DNA of 32,000 nucleotides from Edaphobacter aggregans. GTDB taxonomy: Bacteria > Acidobacteriota > Terriglobia > Terriglobales > Acidobacteriaceae. The notes under the pieces were generated by a model. That model had not been told where the DNA came from. It saw only the letters and a program-made list of their open reading frames with translations, and did not search any database. The stretch lies in NCBI RefSeq assembly GCF_003945235.1, contig NZ_RSDW01000001.1:5940001-5972000 (forward strand). Direction: 5' to 3'. Both the position numbers and the translations under genes were made by a program. Numbering within the stretch: the stretch's first letter is position 1; the number at the start of each line of letters is the position of its first letter. Positions 26,238 through 32,000 of the stretch are shown one piece after another.

Positions 26238-27014
26238 TTACGCAATCGTAGTAGTTGGGATGCGGATGGAAGCACGATAGCGGTCGCCGCGGTAACGGGA
26301 GCAGGCGGCCTCAATCGGAGTCTCCTCTGTTGTTACGATGATTCGCGAAATAGACAGAACTGGGGACTTTCGCGGTATAGTCAGCAACTCGGACTCTTCG
26401 CGGGTCGAAGGAAGTGCCTCGATGACCTCATCGGCCCAGGCCACCCGAACTCCGTAATTTTCACGAAGAATGAAATAAAGTGACTGTTTTGCAAAATCGA
26501 TTCTCTCCAACCCAGGGAAGAGCTTCAACGGTATATGGGACTCTTCGAGTGCCATCGGGATACCGTCGGCTAGCCGTAAACGGCGCAGTAGCATGACAGG
26601 TTCTTCCGGCTCAACTTTCAGCTTTGCAGCCACATCATCTGTCGCATGTACTACAGATTGTTCCATCAGCTTTGAGCTAGGGACCATGCCCCGCTGCTTC
26701 ATATCTTGGGTGAATCCCATCAGATGCATAATGCTCTTCTCGAGCTTCGGCCGAGTAACAAATGTGCCCCGTCCCTTCTGACTGATGGCGTAGCCACTGG
26801 TCTTCAGGCCGTGGAGGGCTTGCCGCGCAGTCATTCTGCTTACACGATAAGACCGCGCCAGTTCCTCCTCGGAGGCAAGCGGGTCTCCCTCAGATAGCTC
26901 GCGAGAGTGGATCCTCTCCATCAGCGCGCGCTGAATCTGGTAGTACAGCGGGATGAATCCGTTCTTGTCTAAGGGCTGAACGGTTGATGTAGGCACAGTC
27001 TGTAATTTCGGCAC
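26238..27014 (-). CDS. GntR family transcriptional regulator, HutC/NagR-like subfamily (wHTH + UTRA)
   Basis: N-terminal GntR wHTH (IPLYYQIQRALMERI...PLASEEELARSYRVSRMTARQALHGLKTSGYAISQKGRGTFV) followed by a UTRA-like effector domain. The start is placed at GTG 27014 (AGGAG 5 nt upstream; 258 aa, typical length). The track's ATG at 27107 adds about 31 non-conserved residues. Confidence 0.85.
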   Translation of the reverse strand: MPKLQTVPTSTVQPLDKNGFIPLYYQIQRALMERIHSRELSEGDPLASEEELARSYRVSRMTARQALHGLKTSGYAISQKGRGTFVTRPKLEKSIMHLMGFTQDMKQRGMVPSSKLMEQSVVHATDDVAAKLKVEPEEPVMLLRRLRLADGIPMALEESHIPLKLFPGLERIDFAKQSLYFILRENYGVRVAWADEVIEALPSTREESELLTIPRKSPVLSISRIIVTTEETPIEAACSRYRGDRYRASIRIPTTTIA

Positions 27015-27175
27015 TCTATCTCCTAAAACGTTTGAAGCCAGCTGCAAAAGTAAACCAACAAATATGCTTTCTGCCATGTTTATTCGCAATGCCTTTACGT
27101 GAGGCATTATGCGACGGGCTGCTTTCGACAGACACGTCTTTCTGAAGGCAATTTGTTTCTAATCGTGAAGCAGTG

Positions 27176-27189
27176 CAGTTGTCTATACA
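27176..27189. promoter_or_regulatory. Candidate HutC-type operator, copy 1 (CAGTTGTCTATACA)
   Basis: An identical 14-mer occurs again at 27331-27344. Its core TGTCTATACA fits the GT-N-TA-N-AC half-palindrome reported for HutC-subfamily GntR operators. It lies in the intergenic region between the GntR gene and TBDR3. Confidence 0.45.
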
Positions 27190-27330
27190 TTTCTTTCCGC
27201 GGTGGCCTAGGACTGTACTACAACGTAAACCACCTGTGCACCTTGCTTTACAGGAATTTGCATGCTGGCACGACCTGCTTTTGACAGCTTTTTTCGCCCT
27301 TCACGGATCTTTTATCTTGTCATCGACGTA

Positions 27331-27344
27331 CAGTTGTCTATACA
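27331..27344. promoter_or_regulatory. Candidate HutC-type operator, copy 2 (CAGTTGTCTATACA), overlapping a possible TBDR3 promoter
   Basis: Identical to copy 1. Its TATACA (27339-27344) could serve as a -10 box 16 nt downstream of TTGTCA (27317-27322), about 135 nt upstream of the TBDR3 ATG. Confidence 0.45.
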
Positions 27345-27479
27345 GTAGGTGAACCTGAATATCCGAGACATGCAACATCGGAAAACGCACGGCATTCCAT
27401 CACTTGAAACACGATGCGAAGCGAAAGACGTTACTCAGTTTCACTCAGGCCCTAAGACAAATTTGAACGGAGGTCCACA

Positions 27480-30400
27480 ATGAGAGCACGCCTAGCCCTA
27501 TGCACTTTCATAGCACTTCTTCTCAGTTGTTCGATTACAAGGGGACAGACAATTACCGGGTCCATCACAGGCACAATCACTGACCCCAGCGGAGCCGCAG
27601 TTGGTGGTGCCGCAGTAACGGCCATCAACGTCGATACCGGCGTCCAGACTCCCACAACAACCAACCGAGATGGCGTCTATATTCTCCGCTTCCTTCAGCC
27701 GGGGCACTATAAGCTTTCGGTCAAATCCACCGGTTTCAATCCGACGACGGCCGGCCCATTCACTCTTGAAGTCGGTCAGGAAGCCAGGGTCGATGCGAAG
27801 TTGAACCTTGGTTCTGTCACCGAAAATGTCGTCGTTACTGCAGCGGCCCCAATCCTAAACACCGAGAACCCGACCACGGGCGACACCATTACCTCAAGCC
27901 AGGCCACGGAACTCCCGCTGCAGGCGCGTAACTTCTCCTCACTCACTACCCTTGTTGCTGGTGCTCTTACCGTCAATCCCATGGCGCAAAACAGCATCCA
28001 GCGTAGCGCGTACAACGGCGGCTTCAACATCAACGGCAATCGCGAGCAGTCCAACAACTACACCCTCGACGGTATGGACATCAACGAGGCGATCGACAAC
28101 TACATCGGCTATAGCCCCAACGTCGATGCTCTCGGCGAAATCCACATCATCTCCGGTAACGCGACCGCCGAGTACGGCAATGCCAACGGCGGCCAAGTTG
28201 TCATGATCACCAAAAGCGGTACCAATCAGTTCCACGGTAACGCTTTCTGGTTTATCGAAAACACCAATCTCAACGCCAATAGCTGGACCAACAAAAACAC
28301 CCCCAACCCTGCTGACTTCGGTCCTGTGCCGACCATCAACCGCGGCATCTTCGGTGGCACCTTCGGTGGACCTCTCATCCACGACCGGCTATTCTTCTTC
28401 GTTGACTATCAGGGCGCACGCCAACATGGGAGCACCAACGAGTTTCGCTCAGTAGCCACCAACGCCATGCGCGCCGGTTTTGCGCCAAACCTCGGTCATA
28501 ACGTCCCCATCACCAATCCTGTAGCACAATTCTTGCTTGCTCACCCCGAGCTATACCCTGCTCCCAACGTTCCCAGTAACAACGCCAATGGCATCACGAA
28601 TAACTACAGCGGCAGTTACGGCACTGCAACCCATAACGACCAGGGTGACGTTAAGATCGATAGCAAGCTAACCTCCAGAGACAACCTCTCGGGACGTTTC
28701 ACAATAGGTCGTGAAAACGACGGCTATACCAAGGTCACGCTGCCGACCGATATCCCATCCAATAACTCCAACCCCTATACCGGCTTCGTTCTCAACTGGA
28801 CTCACACCTTCTCGTCAAGCATCGTCAACGAAGCGCGAGCCGGCTATGGACGCACCCGCTACAGAACCACTCCCGTGGATATCAGTGGCAAGTTCGGTCT
28901 CACAGGCAACCAACAACTTGGTATCCCCGGCACGCAGATCGTGCCTGGTATTCCCACCTTCGACTTGACTACCGCCGTATCACAACTTGATCCGATTGGT
29001 ACCACTCTCCAGAATCCCAACAACGGTTCCTATGCTGGTATCGATTCCGACAGCATCGTCAATGCCTATACCTATGGAGACAACCTGAGCTGGCAGTTTC
29101 ACCGCCACACACTTAAGTTTGGTGCGCAGGCGCTCCGTTACCAGCAAAACCGCTACTACTCTGGCAACGACGGTGCCCTGGGTTGGTTCATCTACAAAGG
29201 TACCTTTAGCGGCACTTCCACCATTAGCGATCCATGGGCCGACTTCCTTGAGAATAAAGCCTTCAGTTTCGGACAGGGCGCCGTCACCGGGCGTTGGGGA
29301 CAGCGTCAGTGGCGCGATGCTCTCTTCATCCAAGACGACTACAAGATAACCCCCAACCTCACCATCAATCTCGGTATGCGCTGGGAGTGGGACCAGCCTA
29401 TGTATGAGGTCAATAACAAGCAAGTCAACTTCAACCTCACCACAGGCGCAATCGAGTATGCCGGTCAGAATGGCAACAGTCGGGCTCTCTATAGCAGCTT
29501 CTGGGGTGGCTTCATGCCGCGTGTTGGCTTTGCTTACTCTCCGGATCGATTCAATGGAAGATTCGTCGTTCGCGGCGGATACGGCATCACCAACTTTCTT
29601 GAAGGCACCGGGGCAAATCTGCGCCTGACTCTAAATCCGCCCTTCTTCGTAGATTCATCTTCTGTGTCGAATGGAACGAGTTTCTTCCAGACGCAAAATG
29701 GATTCCCGCGTCCGCCGAATGCGGGCGATCCTTACGCAACGATCGCAAATGCCAATCTTCGGGCCTGGGATCCCAAGCTCAAGCCCGCTCTAATTCAGCA
29801 GTTCAACCTGACGACCGAGACACAGATCAACAACGCTACCTCTCTGGTAGTTGCTTACCTCGGCCAAAGCGGTAGCCATCTCGTCGACCCACGCGAAGGT
29901 AATCAAAGGTTATGCCCAACCTGCGCGTATCCCGTTTCGTTGCTCCCTGGATTTGCAGGTAGAATCCCGGACCCCTCAAACATCATCATCAGTCTCACCG
30001 AATCTGCAGCAATGATGAACTACAACGCGCTCCAAGTGACACTCCGGCAGCGTGTAACCAGAGGTCTTGAATTTTTCACCAACTACACTTGGAGCAAGTC
30101 CCTCACCAATAACCTCGGCTACTATGGCGCGGGCGGCGGAGCCGCAGCCTCGCAGAGTGCCTACTGGCAGAACTCCTACGACGGCGGAGCAGATTATGGC
30201 CCGGCGTACTTTGACGTTACCCACAACTTTTCTTTCGCTGGCTACTACGATCTGCCCTTTGGACGTGGCAGGCAGTTCGGATCCGATATGAATCGCTTCG
30301 TTGATCTGGCAGTCGGCGGCTGGAAGGTGGGCGCAATTGCCACTCTTCATTCCGGCTTGCCAATCACCATGTTTTCCAACCAGTTTTACCCGGTCAATCA

Positions 30401-30791
30401 GCGTACCGACCGTGCTAACCACTATCGCAAACTCGTCATTCGCAACCGTTCTGTAACCAACTGGTTCGGTACGGATCCGTCCGCAACTCCATGTACTTCG
30501 GATCACGACAACGGAATCTGCGCGTATGGCGAAGAATCGTCTACTGGACTCGGTACTGCTGCAGTTGGTAGTGAACGCGCACCGGATTACCACGATTTAG
30601 ATGCCGCACTCAGCAAAGCCTTCAACATCACCGAGAGCAAGCATCTGGACTTCCGGGCTGACTTCTTCAACGTCCTTAACACCACCAGCCTGGCGCCCCC
30701 GACCAACAACGTCTCGGGCGGTATCGGTCTGATCAACTCAACCGTCTCAACTGAACGCCAAATCCAGCTCGCGCTGAAATTTGTCTTCTAA
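27480..30791 (+). CDS. TonB-dependent outer-membrane receptor with N-terminal carboxypeptidase-regulatory-like domain (TBDR3)
   Basis: - GGAGG RBS 6 nt upstream of the ATG.
- Signal peptide: MRARLALCTFIALLLSCSITRGQ.
- CarboxypepD_reg-like domain: ITGSITGTITDPSGAAVGGAAVTAIN...GHYKLSVKSTGFNP.
- Plug-like motifs: ATELPLQARNFSSLTTLVAG and FNINGNREQSNNYTLDGMDINE.
- Barrel ending in LALKFVF. Confidence 0.92.
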   Translation: MRARLALCTFIALLLSCSITRGQTITGSITGTITDPSGAAVGGAAVTAINVDTGVQTPTTTNRDGVYILRFLQPGHYKLSVKSTGFNPTTAGPFTLEVGQEARVDAKLNLGSVTENVVVTAAAPILNTENPTTGDTITSSQATELPLQARNFSSLTTLVAGALTVNPMAQNSIQRSAYNGGFNINGNREQSNNYTLDGMDINEAIDNYIGYSPNVDALGEIHIISGNATAEYGNANGGQVVMITKSGTNQFHGNAFWFIENTNLNANSWTNKNTPNPADFGPVPTINRGIFGGTFGGPLIHDRLFFFVDYQGARQHGSTNEFRSVATNAMRAGFAPNLGHNVPITNPVAQFLLAHPELYPAPNVPSNNANGITNNYSGSYGTATHNDQGDVKIDSKLTSRDNLSGRFTIGRENDGYTKVTLPTDIPSNNSNPYTGFVLNWTHTFSSSIVNEARAGYGRTRYRTTPVDISGKFGLTGNQQLGIPGTQIVPGIPTFDLTTAVSQLDPIGTTLQNPNNGSYAGIDSDSIVNAYTYGDNLSWQFHRHTLKFGAQALRYQQNRYYSGNDGALGWFIYKGTFSGTSTISDPWADFLENKAFSFGQGAVTGRWGQRQWRDALFIQDDYKITPNLTINLGMRWEWDQPMYEVNNKQVNFNLTTGAIEYAGQNGNSRALYSSFWGGFMPRVGFAYSPDRFNGRFVVRGGYGITNFLEGTGANLRLTLNPPFFVDSSSVSNGTSFFQTQNGFPRPPNAGDPYATIANANLRAWDPKLKPALIQQFNLTTETQINNATSLVVAYLGQSGSHLVDPREGNQRLCPTCAYPVSLLPGFAGRIPDPSNIIISLTESAAMMNYNALQVTLRQRVTRGLEFFTNYTWSKSLTNNLGYYGAGGGAAASQSAYWQNSYDGGADYGPAYFDVTHNFSFAGYYDLPFGRGRQFGSDMNRFVDLAVGGWKVGAIATLHSGLPITMFSNQFYPVNQRTDRANHYRKLVIRNRSVTNWFGTDPSATPCTSDHDNGICAYGEESSTGLGTAAVGSERAPDYHDLDAALSKAFNITESKHLDFRADFFNVLNTTSLAPPTNNVSGGIGLINSTVSTERQIQLALKFVF

Positions 30792-31008
30792 CCTTCAACC
30801 GCCAACCAGTAGGAACACCACGCAATCTCGACAAAGCAAGGGAGCGGGTAGGCTAGATGCCATCTGCTCCTTTGGCATTTAAGAAGTTGTCTGATTTCCA
30901 AAAGCAACCTCTACCGGAGTGTTATGCGCTTTTGCCCAAAGCCGCACCATCGCGGCCAAGTCTGCATACTAACCCATCAGCTCGGATTCCAGCTGCCAAG
31001 CGAAGTGA

Positions 31009-31359
31009 ACTAAGGCGGCACAGAACTGAGAAAAGCTATGGAAAGAGCTGGGATTGCTCTATGATCCATTGCGGCCAATTCCGAAAATCAACAATGCACA
31101 CGACCGAGCAGTAAAGGCGAGCGGTGTCGCTCCACTGCGTCTGTACGACCTCCGGCACACGTTTGCTACCAGGGCAGCAATGTCTGGAATTTACCTCGTC
31201 ACGCTAGCCGCAATGTTGGGCCACTCCAGAATTCAAATGGTGCTCCGTTATGCACACCCTACCCAGGCGCATCAGGCTCTCGCAATGGACAAACTCGAAT
31301 CTTTCAATGCGACTCAACTGATCAGCGAATTCGAAAGAGAACTCATCGCTATCCAGTGA
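31009..31359 (+). pseudogene. Tyrosine recombinase (phage-type integrase) C-terminal fragment
   Basis: The frame opens after a TGA at 31006 and has no ATG; the track uses TTG 31054. It encodes only the box II region ...PLRLYDLRHTFATRAAMSGIYLVTLAAMLGHSRIQMVLRYAHP... (catalytic R, H and Y region). The N-terminal ~250 aa, including the first catalytic Arg, are missing. It lies 95 nt from the 3' end of tRNA-Cys. Confidence 0.8.
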
Positions 31360-31391
31360 ATGGAAATAGACAGTCGTGTAATGGGTCCCAC

Positions 31392-31426
31392 AAAAGTCCC
31401 CACAGTCTGATACGGGGGAACTTTTT
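31392..31426. terminator. Bidirectional hairpin terminator between the integrase fragment and the tRNA operon
   Basis: AAAAGTCCCC (31392-31401) and GGGGGAACTTTTT (31414-31426) form a GC-cored stem. It is flanked by an A-tract on one side and a T-tract on the other, so a U-run follows the hairpin on either strand. Confidence 0.55.
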
Positions 31427-31453
31427 GTTATTGAGTTATGTTATTGAAAATTT

Positions 31454-31528
31454 TGGAGGCGCGGGTCGGGATCGAACCGACGCATAAAGGTTTTGCAGAC
31501 CTCTCCCTTACCACTTGGGTACCGCGCC
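31454..31528 (-). tRNA. tRNA-Cys (anticodon GCA)
   Basis: The minus-strand sequence GGCGCGGTACCCAAGTGGTAAGGGAGAGGTCTGCAAAACCTTTATGCGTCGGTTCGATCCCGACCCGCGCCTCCA folds as a cloverleaf. Acceptor stem GGCGCGG/CCGCGCC, anticodon loop CU-GCA-AA, T arm GTCGG-TTCGATC-CCGAC, discriminator U, encoded CCA. Confidence 0.93.
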
Positions 31529-31596
31529 TCGGGTGGGCTATTCACTTTGAAGCCCCTCTGAATTGTAGGTGAAGTGTACCGCAGGCAGGGGGTTTT

Positions 31597-31671
31597 TGGA
31601 GCGGGAGACCGGGGTCGAACCGGCGACATCTTCCTTGGCAAGGAAGCACTCTACCACTGAGCTACTCCCGC
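31597..31671 (-). tRNA. tRNA-Gly (anticodon GCC)
   Basis: The minus-strand sequence GCGGGAGTAGCTCAGTGGTAGAGTGCTTCCTTGCCAAGGAAGATGTCGCCGGTTCGACCCCGGTCTCCCGCTCCA folds as a cloverleaf. Acceptor stem GCGGGAG/CTCCCGC, anticodon stem CTTCC/GGAAG with loop TT-GCC-AA, T arm GCCGG-TTCGACC-CCGGT, encoded CCA. Confidence 0.93.
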
Positions 31672-31684
31672 GCTCACATGTACA

Positions 31685-31713
31685 AGTATAACGGCCAAGC
31701 CCCGTATGGTCAA
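31685..31713 (-). promoter_or_regulatory. Sigma-70-type promoter of the tRNA-Gly/tRNA-Cys operon
   Basis: On the minus strand: -35 TTGACC (31713-31708), a 17-nt spacer, and -10 TATACT (31690-31685). The -10 box ends 13 nt before the first tRNA-Gly nucleotide. Confidence 0.65.
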
Positions 31714-31808
31714 CGCGCGGAGACCTGCGTCTTTACAAGTGCAAACGATAGGCACAATTTCTGCATCTCACTTCATCAAGTGACGGTCTGGGGGAATTTA
31801 TAACCGGC

Positions 31809-32000
31809 ATGGCAGTTACAGCAACAGCGACGCAGGGGCAAAGGGAAATGCAGCATTGGCAAGCGCTGCTGGACTCCGCCGGCGAAGGAATCTGGGGGCT
31901 GGATCCAGAGGGGAGATGTACGTTCGTCAATCGAATGGCGTTGAACACCTTTGGTTTCTCCAGCGACGAGCTACTGGGAAACACCATCCACGACTTGGTG
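31809..32000 (+). CDS. PAS-domain sensor protein, partial (continues beyond the right window edge)
   Basis: From ATG 31809 the open frame reads MAVTATATQGQREMQHWQALLDSAGEGIWGLDPEGRCTFVNRMALNTFGFSSDELLGNTIHDLV, a typical start of a PAS (S-box) domain. It is not in the ORF track because it is open at the edge. The track's 31733-31987(-) ORF is its antisense shadow. Confidence 0.75.
   Translation, partial: MAVTATATQGQREMQHWQALLDSAGEGIWGLDPEGRCTFVNRMALNTFGFSSDELLGNTIHDLV

Noticed and set aside
30857-31114. 85-aa + strand ORF between TBDR3 and the integrase fragment
   Set aside because: There is no motif or RBS, and the composition is Pro/Ser/Lys-rich. It overlaps the integrase remnant in another frame. 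The weak hairpin ATGCCA-N10-TGGCAT at about 30857-30878 lacks a U-tract, so no terminator is called.
31733-31987. 84-aa minus-strand ORF at the right edge
   Set aside because: It is antisense to the much more convincing PAS-domain reading frame that starts at 31809 on the + strand.
1-32000. Looked for CRISPR arrays, nucleotide-level tandem repeats, reverse transcriptase / retron or DGR signatures, toxin-antitoxin pairs and known defence-gene motifs
   Set aside because: I saw no regularly spaced direct repeats, no RT or nuclease/ATPase defence-type ORFs and no small paired ORFs. The only repeat families seen are the IS end motif, the 14-mer operator pair and the protein-level IPT modules. A by-eye scan can miss short or degenerate repeats.

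Overview
The window reads as ordinary chromosomal DNA, probably from a Terriglobia-type Acidobacterium. That is an inference from three ~1100-1230 aa TonB-dependent receptors with N-terminal carboxypeptidase-regulatory-like domains, a membrane-anchored winged-helix regulator, an IPT/beta-propeller giant lipoprotein and moderate GC; no database search was possible. Contents, left to right:
- 1-3400 (-): a translationally coupled TetR / HlyD-adaptor / ABC-ATPase / ABC-2-permease efflux operon, with a perfect 16-bp palindromic operator.
- 3390-5400: a small AT-richer accessory patch. It holds a 3'-truncated zinc-ribbon gene and an IS110/IS1111-family insertion sequence whose flanks and non-coding tail share a guide-like motif.
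- 5418-10286 (+): a 1622-aa surface lipoprotein (IPT/TIG repeats plus two beta-propellers).
- 10602-14291 (-): TonB-dependent receptor 1.
- 14709-19230 (-): a GH31 alpha-glucosidase / TPR-protein operon, divergent from a ToxR/CadC-like one-component regulator (19550-20935).
- 21273-24860 (+): TonB-dependent receptor 2, followed by a strong terminator.
- 25497-30791: an isolated nanE-like epimerase, convergent with a HutC-type GntR regulator. That regulator's likely operator occurs twice upstream of TonB-dependent receptor 3 (27480-30791).
- 31009-32000: a tyrosine-integrase fragment abutting a tRNA-Gly/tRNA-Cys operon, then the start of a PAS-domain protein.

I found no CRISPR array, no recognisable defence or toxin-antitoxin operon, and no clear-cut novel multi-gene system. 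The best candidate for something mechanistically interesting is the IS110-family element with its candidate bridge/seek RNA. The orphan nanE / HutC / receptor regulon and the giant lipoprotein come second.
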